Shown: positions 31,430-45,849, numbered from the whole stretch's first letter. The stretch: 63,308 nt of DNA, filler included, from Octopus bimaculoides (GCF_001194135.2; 3 parts of 3 records of this genome joined end to end with filler, not necessarily neighbours in it), one strand, 5' to 3'. Numbers and translations are program-made. Notes: a model not told the origin generated them from the letters alone.

Positions 31430-32589
31430 ATTCGTTTTAAAGAATATGGCTAGGAACGAGGAAGATATGTTTGAATTTTTGGAAATAAGGCTCTAAATAG
31501 AGCTATTTCCGATTTGAAAAATATATGTTCACGAAGTATTTTGTGTTATACACAACTTATACAAAATTTTAAAACAAAATAGGTCTTTTAAGAGGTGAAA
31601 AATGCAACTTACATGGGAGCCGATGTGTCTACCGTCCGTCCATGATGATATAGACAGAGATAGATAGATAGATAGATACGTATGCATGAATTGTGTGCAT
31701 GTTTGTGCTCACGTGCATAAGTGTTTATTTATTTATTTAATTATGGTGAATTATTGTCCGCACGCTTGTTTACATTTCAACGGCTTGAACAATAATGTTT
31801 ATTTTGCGCGCGTATATGTCACGTAAACCAGCATTTCGAAGAATAATGATTGATGATGGACTTCTATAAATAAAAAAAAAAAGGAATATAAATATCGACA
31901 AAAATCTTGACAACAATTTAAAAATGAAAACGACAAATGTTTATAATCATAGGGGCATACACTTTGAAAAACAGGGGTGCAGTAATATATGATATTTATA
32001 TTCTATATGTTTCTTCCAAAGGTGGAAAACTCCTCTGAATCTGGCGAATTTTAAACCCAGAATGCAAAAGTAACATAAATACCAGCTCCTCAACATTTTG
32101 ACCGATCTCCTTCACATTTTGCAAAAGGCTTCAATCGTGTTTCGTAAAATGCTCAATGGCCACCATTCAATTTAGGGGAATTATCTTCAATTACGGAACA
32201 ACGCTACTTAATACATCACTAATTTCTATACTCTGGATGAATGACAAGAGAATTTTTTACTGGTGGATTTCGAACCTGACCATTAATCGATACCACAAAT
32301 CTCAGGACAACATTTTCGATGAGTCTAATAGCATTGCTATTTATTACTTTTTACCCACGAGCGAGCGCTCATGAGGCTTGTTAGTCAGGTTGGATGGCAT
32401 ATAATTGACTGATACTACAAGAATCCTTCTGAAGGGGACACATGTTCATTGCAGGTTTCAAGGTCAGCAAATTTGAGGAAAGGGGGAAGTCGATTAGATC
32501 AATCAACCTCAAAATGATGAAAAGAAGAGATCACCACAGTGGGATTTGAACGTATAAAGTAAAAATCCACAAGAGAGGCAGCTAAGCAT

Positions 32590-33027
32590 ATTCTTTTCCA
32601 CTCTAGGCACAAAATCCGAAATGTTTAGGGAAGGGGAGGGGCAATTGATTAGATCGGACCCAGTACGCAACTGGTACTTAAATTACCGACCCCGAAAGGA
32701 TAAAAAGGAAAAGTTGAGCTCGGCGGAATTTGAACTCAGAACGTAAAAACGGACGAAATACCGCTAAGCATTTCGCCGGACATGCTAATGTTTCTTATTT
32801 CTTTATTGCCTATAAGGGGATAAACATAGAGGGGACAAACAATGACAGACAAAGGGATTAAGTTGAGTACATCGACTCCAGTGCGTAACTGGTTCTTAAT
32901 TTATCGACCCCGAAAGGATAAAAAGGAAAAGTTGAGCTTGGTGGAATTTGAACTCAGAACGTAAAGATGGACGTAATGCCCTGAGGCATTTCGCCCGGCG
33001 TGCTAATGTTTCTGCCAGCTCGCTGAC
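32590..33027 (-). mobile_element. Head-to-tail SINE family B dimer (period about 218 bp)
   Basis: gttgagc...ggaatttgaactcagaac occurs at 32713 and 32931. The junction is at gctaatgtttct|tatttctttattgcc. Confidence 0.85.
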
Positions 33028-33438
33028 TTATCATTTATCATACTGAACACTAAAATATTATTTCTGAGAAAACTATTAGTATAATATACTTCGAAATGCA
33101 AACAATATGAAGCAAAAAATTCATAAACAAAACAAAAACCATTAAAGAGAAATTTTATGACAATTTGACGCCTTAGTGTACTTTAAGCCTAAGGCTGATA
33201 GCAAAAGATATTTTTTTGTAAATAGCTACAAATTCATTTTTATAATTAATGAAAGCTTTCCTTTCTCTAACTTAATTTTTAATCCCATTTCTACGTCGTC
33301 AATGTCTGCAATATGTGCTCTCTTGGAGCAAAGTAATTGTGCATATTTGTGTTATGGTTATAGACGTCTATTTCTCTTTATCGCCATTTTCTAGATCACA
33401 TGGTACGCATTAGCTATATTACAATAGTGTGTGTGTTT

Positions 33439-33676
33439 GTTGAGCTCGGCGGAATTTGAACTCAGAACGTAAAAACGGACGAAATACCGCTAAGTATTCC
33501 GCCCAGCATGCTAATGTTTCTTATTTCTTTATTGCCTATAAGGGGTTAAACATAGAGGGGACAAACAATGACAGACAAAGGGATTAAGTTGAGAACATCG
33601 ACCCAGTGCGTAACTGGTTCTTAATTTATCGACCCCGAAAGGATAAAAAGGAAAAGTTGAGCTCAGCGGAATTTGA

Positions 33677-33682
<6 letters not shown>
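33439..33682 (-). mobile_element. Local copy of the dimer junction unit 32713-32957, flanked by (GT)n and (GA)n
   Basis: Shares private variants with the dimer (ggataaaaaggaaaagttgagc, acaatgacagac, tggttcttaat). Confidence 0.85.
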
Positions 33683-33714
<32 letters not shown>

Positions 33715-34074
33715 TAGAGTAGAAATGTAACAATTATTTATGCTTTATGTCGAGTAAACTTTTCCGAAGAGCGGGAAAACGTGAATGGTGTGAGCTAAAA
33801 TACGTAGTTACTATACGAATGACGTCGGCCGTCTTCATCTGCACACACACAAACAGACACACACATACAGATACATATTAGCATAGATATTCTTTTCCTT
33901 GTTTCAGTCATTTGATTGCGGCCATGCCGGCACACTGCCTTTAATCGAACAAATCGACTCCAGAACTTAGTTAAGCGGAAAGTTAAGGGGAGGTAAACAC
34001 ATTAACATCGGTTGTCAAGCAATGATGGGGGGACACAAACACACATACACACACACATGCACACACACACATAC

Positions 34075-34122
<48 letters not shown>

Positions 34123-35449
34123 NNNNNNNNNNNNNNNNNNNNNNNNNNNNNNNNNNNNNNNNNNNNNNNNNNNNNNNNNNNNNNNNNNNNNNNNNNNNNN
34201 NNNNNNNNNNNNNNNNNNNNNNNNNNNNNNNNNNNNNNNNNNNNNNNNNNNNNNNNNNNNNNNNNNNNNNNNNNNNNNNNNNNNNNNNNNNNNNNNNNNN
34301 NNNNNNNNNNNNNNNNNNNNNNNNNNNNNNNNNNNNNATATACACGGCGTAATTGGTACACTTGGAATGCTATAGAATATAGACTACAAAGACATTGAAG
34401 TTTTGCTAATTATCTAGTAAGTATGCCAGGATCGGTAACAATTGTTACTATCCGTTCGTATACTATTTCGACACTTATAATTTATATTTGGAATATGTCT
34501 CTAAGGACATGTTTTAAGACGAAAGACTGTTAGCGTATACCTTAAATCAAGAATTATTGAAATAATTCTAATAAAAATAAATATAATCATAAAAGTAATG
34601 ATGAACGTATGTAGTTAGCACAAGTGAAATGCAATATTTTGTGCAGAGGAGTATTGTCGATATATATATCTTTTAAATATTTGTCTAAGATTGATAACTG
34701 TAGGAATAATTGAAAGAAGTGTAAGCAAGGAAGCGATAGAAATAATAAGCTATATCAAATATGCAATGACAGGTGCAAGATGTCCCACACTCACAGAAAA
34801 CGCAGCGTTTTTCTTTTATGCAGAAACAAAGTGAAATTCTTTTCGTGGCGGATTCTCTGATTCTCATTGCTGCTATATCAAACTGAAATGGTTGTAGTTA
34901 GCATAATAATGTTATCAGGGGACTGTTATTGTTGAGATGAAAACCTTTTGTTGCAAAGATTTGCAGGATGTTAATGAAAATGGTAATAGAAAAGGGAGAA
35001 ATATCTGAAACATAGGTTAAAAATAGCCTTTACCGCTATGCTGAAGAGCAGAAATATTACATATGCCTCTAAATGGACAATAAACCCTAGATAAAGCTAT
35101 TGAAATAATGAAATTAAATATGATTAAGTATTAGCAATGCATTGGCAAAGACGCTGGTTTCATCAGTAATTTGAAAGTGAAAGAGAAATATAGCCGAAGC
35201 ATTAAACTGTTACTTACCGGAGGACGAAACTCTAAGAATATAACAACAGGTGTTAATTGATTAGCGATAACTGTAATAGGATATAACTTAGACTTATATA
35301 ATTGCGAATATACACTGAAAAGCATATTAAGGATGTGTACAGGATTAACGACATTCAGATTACACACCCGAAAGCAAGCAAATGATAGATTTTTTCACAT
35401 TGGTTAGAAAGTAGGAGAGGATTCGATAATGTAGCATAACACGATCATG

Positions 35450-35480
<31 letters not shown>

Positions 35481-36421
35481 ACATACACACACACAAACAC
35501 ACACACACACACACACACCATATATAGGTTTAGACAAAAGAAAAAATACTTACAATTAACTAACACAACAACTTTTACTATCATCAACTCTGACAAATAT
35601 TAGAGAGAAGACGTACACAAAAAATAAAACAAAATTTGAAAACTAACCTGAAAACACAATGTCATACCAAGGAAATGTTTTATTTAGTAAATAATGTCTC
35701 GCATACGGGAAGCCGGAAGAAAACGTGAGGGAATTTAATTCCTCTTTCGGAAGCTTCGTTTTAAATGTTAATGATGAGACTCTCTCAAATCAACACTAAA
35801 TCATTGATGTCTGCATGATAAATATAATTAGCCGATGAACAGCCAATGTCATTTTGTCACCTGTTCCTTTAGATATTTGTCCATTTCTATTCTATTGTCA
35901 AAATATATTCTAATGAAAATAAGAACGAATTCAATCAGCCAGCACAGTCGCTAGAAAAATTTGATCTTGTGTATAATCAACGTAATATATGATGTAGCTT
36001 AATACTTTGTAAGAGTTGATGTCTTAGAACAATGCTACTTGATAGTATATGGGGATATCATTTTTCGGGCAAGACCCACGAATACCAGAGTTACTCATCC
36101 ATAATCTAACTGGTTAACAATGGAAACAAGTTAGAAAGGTTTTAATAAGAAACCTATTTATGAAAGCATAAATCAAAATCGGTAAAGAATCAATTAGTTT
36201 TGGCAATGACATCGATTAAGTGTAGATCATGACACAAATAAAATATTTCTTGGAAAATTCTGAAATGAACATGATTGACAGCAAATTTTTAGCGGTCATT
36301 TTTGCTGAACTGCTAAGTAAAGAGAACATAAATACACTAACAATTGTATTAAGGCGGTGGGGTTTGTGGATCGAAGACACACAAATAACATATATTCATG
36401 CTAATGAATATATCCACAATA

Positions 36422-36469
<48 letters not shown>

Positions 36470-36479
36470 TATATGGATG

Positions 36480-36511
<32 letters not shown>

Positions 36512-37474
36512 TACACACATATATTTGTGTATGACAGATGCACATATCTATGTGAATGTTCTTCTGACACGAATATTACTATTCGTAAGGAGTTGACATT
36601 TGTCATTATTAAAGCCATTCCGATAATGACTTGTCGATGTCTGCTGTTTTTTATCTGTTTTATTTTCCTTGTCTTTTAAACCAAGTTTGTCTAGCAAGGT
36701 CACAGCATGTTGTCACTATTTTGCTCCAATCATAGAAGAGTATTTCTTCTGCAGATAACAGTTATTGAAAGCACGCTCTCGTATATATATTCGTTCACCT
36801 GGAAAGTGTTTCCGAATGTTAATTTTCTTTCTTGAACATTCTGCTTCCTTGTATGAAACAGGAAATGCCTCAGCGTAGTATACAAGGAACCGGGTAATAA
36901 ATACGTTCTTCATATTTTATCGGCAGTTCTTCTCACATATCTGCAGTTTTTATGTGGATAAGTTCTTGTGTCTTGTCTGTGCGTTGACGTTCGTGTGTTT
37001 CTGGATATATTCGTTCGTACTAAAGTGAAAGTATGCATAACTGGTAATGATAGATTCGAGCCTAGCTTGTTGGTCGAATTAACAAACACAACCACAGACA
37101 CGCACACACACACACACACCTGTATATTATACACACACATCTAGCAATAAGCACATCTGAAACGAATTGTGAAAGCATTATGATTGAAATATAATCAGGT
37201 AGAATGACAACGAATATATATATAGATATTTATCTTCTCGATACAAGGGCAAACAATTCACAATTAATTATTAATTTTTTTATTATATGGTATGACTATT
37301 TAAAAAAAATAATAACAGAATCAATAATATAGGCAGTTGCAGGCCCAAGAAAAGCATTAAATAGCTGAAGGATTGAAATTAATCAAAGGACATACTAAGT
37401 ATGTCTACCTGCTGGAAATAACAGTCAAAATGCTTATTTAAATCGCCAAAAGTACACTTGTGAATAAGTACACA

Positions 37475-37761
37475 AATCAACCGAAGGCAGATCAGGTTAA
37501 TAACATCTCTTAACGTACATTTAAGCATTTGGACTCATGTGGACCGGTTTGTGCACTGGCAAAAAATCGCCTTAGATTCTTCAGCACGCGTTACCATGAT
37601 AGACAACACCCCCATTCTATCGTATTGAAGTCTGCACCCCAACTAATTCATTTTGTGACGAAATCAATTACATCCCCCATGTAATGGCGATTTTTTTTTG
37701 CCAGTGCGTACTTAAATGTACGTTAGGAGATTTGATTAACCTGATCTGTTTTCAGTTGATT
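37475..37761. mobile_element. MITE-like element with imperfect inverted arms of about 70 bp
   Basis: aatcaaccgaaggcagatcaggttaataacatctcttaacgtacatttaag...gcactggcaaaaaatcgcc pairs with ggcgattttttttgccagtgcgtacttaaatgtacgttaggagatttgattaacctgatctgttttcagttgatt. The left arm carries an insertion of about 25 nt. Confidence 0.75.
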
Positions 37762-37777
37762 TTTGTAGTTATCATCA

Positions 37778-39000
37778 ATGTATATTTGTTTCGCCAATGT
37801 AATTTTCTTTGAAGATCGGGCAGGTAATGCAGTATATGAAGTTTTGCGTCTTGCAGTTCGTATCTGCTTCTATTTTGAAAAGGGATCCGCTCTTCAACTT
37901 TTACGTGGGAATTCTGATTCATTCTCTGATTTGAATTCTGCCCTTGTGAGGTGTTTTTAAGATTTTTGGTTGGCGTCCACTATTCTGTAAGGTATTTTTT
38001 TCAATCATATTTTTTTCCATTTTGGGGCTCTGTAGGAGCATAGGTAAATTCGATTTTATGACGTGAAAAACGTTGGTTATTCAAGAACAGTGTATTTTAA
38101 CGAAGGAAATCGTGTTTTATTAGAGCAAGTACCAGGTTTAGAATATTAAAATACTAGTATCGAATCATTGGACTAAAATTTCTTCTGGGCTTTGCCCCAG
38201 CATGGCCGCGGTTTAATGAGTAAAGCAAATTAAAGATGAACGATAACAGATAACTCCCACAAAGTCTTTAGGGGGTTTACCAATAGCTTAATACAAACCA
38301 AAGTTCAGCACAACTGCATGATATTTCGGATGAATCATGAAATGTAGGTTATAGATTTTCTATTAATCCTTACCGACATTTATTCCACAAAACTTGAGCA
38401 GTTTCTCTTCATGTTGGATACATACTTTATTAATTCTACTAATGTGATAAGGGTTCCATTGGACAAGTGTGCCATCAACCATCGTATAATCAAATTACTA
38501 AAGACACCACTTCATGTCAGTGTAATTATTCCTGGTCGTACTGTGACATGTAACATTATTACACTTTTTATTGGAATGCTTTATGCATCCATTTATAGAG
38601 TATTGCGTTTGAAGCAATATGCTTCGATGTTGTTTAAATTGGTGAAGATATACGTTGTATCATCTTTTGGTTTTGGAATTGTCACAAAACACAATCTTAA
38701 ATGGACATCACAAAGGGATGGCTTGATTAATAGTGTATATGATTTTCCGTATTTCTGTTTCGATGCAATATTCTAAAGATCATCTCATCATTTAATAGTA
38801 ATACAAGTGTTGATATATGACACTCTAATAGAGTTAATTTTCTGTATTTCATGATTAGTCGACTGATAGGGTTATTTTTGGTTTAACATCATTTGCGGTT
38901 TCCTACTTTTTAATATCGGGTTATTAATTTTAGTTGTATATCAATGTTTATATAGAGAGGATATAAAGGAAAATTCCACGTTATTCTTCGTGTACTTGTC
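37778..39000 (-). mobile_element. Penelope-like retroelement relic (GIY-YIG endonuclease plus decayed RT)
   Basis: 37778-37900 reads SLFKIEADTNCKTQNFIYCITCPIFKENYIGETN, matching the GIY-YIG pattern NxIYxIxC...YIGET. Upstream broken frames give LYINID (similar to LYTNIP) and FTNLNNI in RT-then-EN order. The RT part is weak. Confidence 0.65.
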
Positions 39001-41038
39001 TCGATATATTGCATCGTACCTCACAGATTATCAAATTAATGAGTAAGTGATAAATATACTCGTAACTAGATTATTACCTGTTTAATACTGGCTAGATATG
39101 CAATAATTGGGTAAAAGGGAACGCTGCATTGAACGTGTGTAATTGGTTACTTAAGAATATCAGGTACAGGACAATATATGCATATGCACATTTGTGGTTG
39201 TGAGTGTATGTTTTTCTACTTCATATATAAACGTACATGGAAATTACGTATTCTGAAAAAATAAGACAAATACGAGTATAAATTATTAGTTTCTACGTGC
39301 GTATATATATATATATTTACTTTTTCATAATTTTATTACATTTAGAGAACGGTCATGCGTGAACATCACTGGAAAGGGCCTAATTCGATCATATCAAACG
39401 CTGTAATTATTTCACATTACCAGGTAATTTCTCGCTCTGTATTGTTTGATTCGCTTATTTAAGGGATATAATAAGATAAACCGTTAAACAACGTCAGTTT
39501 TGGAAACACTCACATGAGTGCCTGCACGTGCAAACATATACAAACATATAAATGTATAATTGAGAAAAACCATCCCCTTTTCTGTATCAAAATTCGATCA
39601 TCGTACAATATACAGGTTTCAGACTAAATATTAAAAACACCTTGTTAAATGGAAGTTTAATACTTAAGAAAAGGTTCTCTCTTTGGCATCAATCATAGAT
39701 TTATTACGGTGAGATATTGACTTGTACAGGTTGTAAATGGTTATTTAATGGTATTTTCTGCAAGTAAAACGTGATAAAGCTCTTTCAGCAACCATGGAGC
39801 AGGGGAATGGTATCTCGTTTGCTTCTCCAAAATGCACCGTAAATGTTCACGTATATTGCGTTAAGGTGTTTATGGAAACCAAACCATGTGCCCTACTTCA
39901 ATTCTGTGCTCTTCTTTTTAGCTCTGAGCACCAGTCATGTGAATCGGTTGCATTATCATCCTAGAATATTCCGCTACCATTAACGAACAATGTTTATAAC
40001 ACAGAATGGAAATGAACTACTAATATATGTAATCCTTAGCATTAACCTTACAAGCAATGAGAATTCAATAACAGATTAAGGGTCAAACAATTAGTTTTGA
40101 AGGCATCTTTATGTAGTCTCTAGACAAACCAGGCCCGAAGTGGGAAAACCGGTGACTAATAACTTATCAGAGAAAATGGCTTTCTTACTTTGAGCTATTG
40201 ACCATGTATAATAGTCTAGACACGTTTTGTACGTTTTCTATGTATGATGTGCATATACTGTCAAGAAGGAAACTAAATCATCGATACAGGTTTCATCTCT
40301 TGTTAAGCAATTACGTCCACCTACTTTTGTATATTTATATATTTGTTTTGACAACAATAATGTTTTGAAGAAAACATTAAATTGTCAGTATTTCGACAGC
40401 ATTATTGATAGAAGTAAAACGATGATTGCCAAATATTTCATTATGCAAAAAAAAAAAAAAACATAAAATAATAAAATAATCGATTAATAAAATATAACAT
40501 AAGTTGATTGAAATAAAAGCACTATACATCCATAAAAAATAAAAAGATAAAATATACACAAAAACGCATAAATGTGTGGGTGAATGTGAGAGTGTGTACT
40601 GTCAGTGGAAGCATGTGTTGGTAATTATGTGCATTTGAGTATTTAGGTAGATGTGTGCATATGTGTGTGTGTTAATGTATGTATATCGCTGTCATTGTAT
40701 AAATGATGCATATGTAAATGTCTATCAATTATTGGTACGCCATGAAATATGTTTTTATCACAAAAACGTACTCAAATAAAAGAAAACACATTTTCATAAA
40801 TATATGAGTATGTATCGATATATAAATTTGAACTATATATATATATATAATATATATATAATATATATANNNNNNNNNNNNNNNNNNNNNNNNNNNNNNN
40901 NNNNNNNNNNNNNNNNNNNNNNNNNNNNNNNNNNNNNNNNNNNNNNNNNNNNNNNNNNNNNNNNATATATACATATATATATATATATACATATACATGT
41001 ATATATATACATATACATGTACATATACATGTACATAT

Positions 41039-41107
<69 letters not shown>

Positions 41108-41567
41108 AGTTAAACGGAGTTGCATATTGATATATACACAAATAGATAAATACATATGAATATATGCACATATATGTCGATATATATTTGTATACATGTG
41201 TGTATGGATATATATATACGTATATATATATATGTGTGTTTATATGAGTATGTATCTGTGTTTATGTATATATGTCTATATATATAATTATGTATGTTTG
41301 AATATGTACAGTCTACATAGGTACCTACATATATGCATGCATATTCATGTAGAAGATGTGGGAAGAAATATATTTTAACATGACAACCACTTTGAAGCTT
41401 AACAATGCAATTATGTACGCTTTCAGACAACATGACATATATTTCAAATGGACCGATAGAAGGCTCAACCAATAAAAAGTAACGTGGAACGAGGTTAATG
41501 CGCAACTACATATATGCAAATGTATACAAGTATGTGTTCATGCCATTTTGTACAAATAACATATGTA

Positions 41568-41649
<82 letters not shown>

Positions 41650-44171
41650 CACACACACACACACACACATACACACACACACACACATATATATATATGC
41701 AAATGATATAAATATATCAATACAGGCATATATGTACAAATGCATACCTTGTGTACATAAATATGTGTACACATCTATGTGTGTGTCTGTGAGTACGTCA
41801 AAACCTGCATATGTGTTCTTGTTTATGTCTGTGTGTGTGTGTGTGTGTTTATTTGATTTTCAATACTGAAGGGACAAGTGAGCACTTATGCTTGTGCGTA
41901 ATTTTGTTGCAATATTTTTGTGAATTTGGCTCAATACTTCTCTCAAAATCAATATATATATATATATACATAAAGAGTCAGATATCGATACATATCTACA
42001 CATAGATACATACGAGTACCAGAAATATAGAAATATGCTTTCAGAAGAGACAAATTTGTATCGATTTATATACTAATTTGTCATGAATATACAGGAGATG
42101 CGTCTAGTTATATACGTTGTGATCAATTCTTACGTATGTCGATAATTCTTTAATATATACAATACTCTCATCGCCCGGCTTACATATCCATGTATGTATA
42201 TATATGTATGTGCATATATTTCAATACAGCACCATTGAAGCACACAAACTCTCAATCATAAATACATATGCAAAGTCATATATTGATGTATATATGTANN
42301 NNNNNNNNNNNNNNNNNNNNNNNNNNNNNNNNNNNNNNNNNNNNNNNNNNNNNNNNNNNNNNNNNNNNNNNNNNNNNNNNNNNNNNNNNNNNNNNNNNNN
42401 NNNNNNNNNNNNNNNNNNNNNNNNNNNNNNNNNNNNNNNNNNNNNNNNNNNNNNNNNNNNNNNNNNNNNNNNNNNNNNNNNNNNNNNNNNNNNNNNNNNN
42501 NNNNNNNNNNNNNNNNNNNNNNNAATATATTTGCACGCGCGCACACGCTCACTTACCTACATCTTCATATACATAACCTTTTTAACTTTATTCTTGTGTG
42601 TGTGCTTCTTCTTCTCTATTTTCTGCGAATGTGTGTATATCTGTGTGTCTATTTCTGCATATGCTGTTTGCGTGCGAAGAAGGCTATACTTGTGTTGTGT
42701 GGACTCTCTGTTTCTTATTGCGCGTGTTTTCGTCGATGTGTTGTTTTCTTTTTTCTTTTTTTAAATTTAATACCATGTATATCGAATTTATAAGGCAATT
42801 AAGTATTCATAATTTTCGTCTGTATAAAGAAATTGATTCGTTTCTCTTTGTGATATATGAAACAATTGTTATATTTATTACTAAAATATAACTATGAATC
42901 TACTGAATAAAAAAAATAATAAATGCATATTTCTAATATAATTTTTTTTCTTTCTTTAGAATTGTTGTTTTTGAAATAAGTTGGAATTATCATCTTTATA
43001 GTAACATACAATTCATATTGTTTCGTAAACTATTTGTTATTGATTCCTATTAAATTTCGGGATTGTAATATTGGATAATTTCTTAATAAAATCACATTGA
43101 ATTTATCTAAGAATTTAGATAAGGCCAGTACAAATGTACATATATGTGTGTATGTGTGTTTAAGAAGAATTATTATTTCTAAAGAAAGTTTATATCTAGT
43201 GACTTTTACCTCACTGTGCTTTTTTCTTTTTCTATCTCTTTTTGTTATCTTTATCAAGAATCTTATTTCGTATTGCTGTTTCTTCTGATGTTTCCTCACA
43301 TATGTTATTGTTTTTTGGGTTGTTTTTTTTAACATTTTGTATTAACTGTAACAAAAATGTATTCTTATCTCAAATGCAATCTCCAATATTACTTACGGGC
43401 CTCTTGATAGCATTCATTTAATAGAAAATATTGCAGTATCAGATAAATAAAAAGGAATCTTTAACTATAGAATTTTATTTGTTGAAGTAAAAACAAAAAA
43501 GAAAGAGAAGAAAAATTGACCTAACAGTGTAAAAGTATTTCGAACGCTGTTCCATCCATGAAAATATAAGGTCATTATACCGACCAAATGTATCTAGATC
43601 CTTCTCTCCCAATGGGTCTACTCTTTTACAAGCGACAGGTGGAAGTGTGTGCAATCTTATGAATATAGAAAGGTGTCGCCTCATTTTATCACGTCTAGGA
43701 AAATGCTTACATGAGTTAATTCTGATCCCAGTTTCTCTTTTTAGCTCCGCATGTTAGGCAATATTATAACTTCATTTTGCGACATGCTTTATTCATAAAA
43801 TCATTATACCAGCCAGGCGGTTCAGCAAATGAATTACCTGCTCCTGGAATTATATGTTTACATCCTGAAAAGTGTAACCATAACAGTCTATTATGGCGCT
43901 ACCAGTTGCCGCTGTGTATGACAAGGTTGTACCCTTTGAATTGCAAGTACCAATCGTCTAACGAGCTTCCATACAGTTTCCATCTGTGAAATTTCTCTCA
44001 TTTGGGGTTGGGGGAATAATCGATTACATGAACCTCAGTGTTTCGCCGGTACTTAATTTATCGACCTCCAAATTGTGAAAGGCAAAGTCGAACTGCGCGG
44101 AATTTCAACTCAGAACGTAGCGAAGCATTTCGTCCAGCATGCTAAAGACTCTGCAAATTCCCTGCCTTGAC

Positions 44172-44175
44172 AATG

Positions 44176-44221
<46 letters not shown>

Positions 44222-44226
44222 TAATG

Positions 44227-44300
<74 letters not shown>

Positions 44301-44324
44301 GAAGAAGAAGGAGAAGAAGAAGAA

Positions 44325-44356
<32 letters not shown>

Positions 44357-44553
44357 AGCAGAATAGGAAGAAGAAGAAGAAAAAGAAGAAGAAGAGGAAG
44401 AAGGAGAAGAAGAAGAAGAAGAAGAAGAAGAAGAAGAAGAAGAAGAAGAAGAAGAAGAAGAAGCGGAAGGAGGAGAAGAAGAAGAAGAAGAAGAAGAAGA
44501 AGTGGAAGAAGAAGAAGAAGAAGAAGAAGAAGAAGAAGAAGAAAAAAGAAGCT

Positions 44554-44585
<32 letters not shown>

Positions 44586-45157
44586 AGAAAAAGAAGAAGA
44601 AAAAGAAGAAGAAGAGGAAGAGGGAGAAGAAGAAGANNNNNNNNNNNNNNNNNNNNNNNNNNNNNNNNNNNNNNNNNNNNNNNNNNNNNNNNNNNNNNNN
44701 NNNNNNNNNNNNNNNNNNNNNNNNNNNNNNNNNNNNNNNNNNNNNNNNNNNNNNNNNNNNNNNNNNNNNNNNNNNNNNNNNNNNNNNNNNNNNNNNNNNN
44801 NNNNNNNNNNNNNNNNNNNNNNNNNNNNNNNNNNNNNNNNNNNNNNNNNNNNNNNNNNNNNNNNNNNNNNNNNNNNNNNNNNNNNNNNNNNNNNNNNNNN
44901 NNNNNNNNNNNNNNNNNNNNNNNNNNNNNNNNNNNNNNNNNNNNNNNNNNNNNNNNNNNNNNNNNNNNNNNNNNNNNNNNNNNNNNNNNNNNNNNNNNNN
45001 NNNNNNNNNNNNNNNNNNNNNNNNNNNNNNNNNNNNNNNNNNNNNNNNNNNNNNNNNNNNNNNNNNNNNNNNNNNNNNNNNNNNNNNNNNNNNNNNNNNN
45101 NNNNNNNNNNNNNNAGAAGATGAAGAAGAAGAAGAAGAAGAAGAAGAAGAAGAAGAC

Positions 45158-45189
<32 letters not shown>

Positions 45190-45243
45190 AGAAAAAGAAG
45201 AAGAAGAGGAAGAAGACGAAGGAGACGAAGAAGAAGATGAAGG

Positions 45244-45276
<33 letters not shown>
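44172..45276. repeat. (AAT)n followed by a (GAA/GAG)n compound trinucleotide array spanning a gap
   Basis: Directly visible. It is the source of the poly-N/E/K/F/I ORFs. Confidence 0.97.
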
Positions 45277-45849
45277 CTATTATTTGAATTTAAATTCAAA
45301 AGCTTTTAATTAAAAATTGCGAAAATCATACTCTAGCTGTCATTTGCGTTGATGCCATAGAATAAGAATTTTTAATAAATGAGAACGAAGACGGCGATAT
45401 AATTGCAATTATACGAAAACAATAACATTATTACAAACATTTGATTCATCAAATTATTTAATTATTTAATCTGAATAACGTAAACAGAACGGCACATAAT
45501 CCGCCTTTGAGATTTTTCAGTTTTTCTGTTATATCTCCTAGCATTGCTCATAAAAAATAAAAAAAAACTATTGTGTGTGAGATGTTCGTGGTAGTAACAG
45601 CAACAATATTAACACTAACAATAGGAGTAAAGTCTACTGAAGTAAAATGTTAGGAGGTTGAGAAACAGGAGAGACAATGGAAAGATAAAAGTTAAGTGGA
45701 GGATGTGGATATTCATTAATATGATCTAATAATGGATGTATGGCAGCTAGAAAGAAGAAGCGTTGATAAATGCAAGGCGACATACGCAGGAAATATTGTA
45801 GGAAAAGCGAGTCATGGGGGGAGGGATAATTGTTGTTATGTTGTAACGA

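Noticed and set aside
34690-35360. Possible second Penelope RT relic on the + strand (EAIEII, faint YxQxxG and YVDD echoes)
   Set aside because: The motifs need several assumed frameshifts and are too weak to list as a feature.
36600-37100. Coding-looking AT-rich stretch on the - strand
   Set aside because: All three frames contain stops and I could not recognise a family. It is probably an old transposon relic.
44139-45299. Poly-Asn/Glu/Lys ORFs as a low-complexity protein
   Set aside because: Pure (AAT)n/(GAA)n microsatellite spanning a gap, with no splice signals or unique coding flanks.
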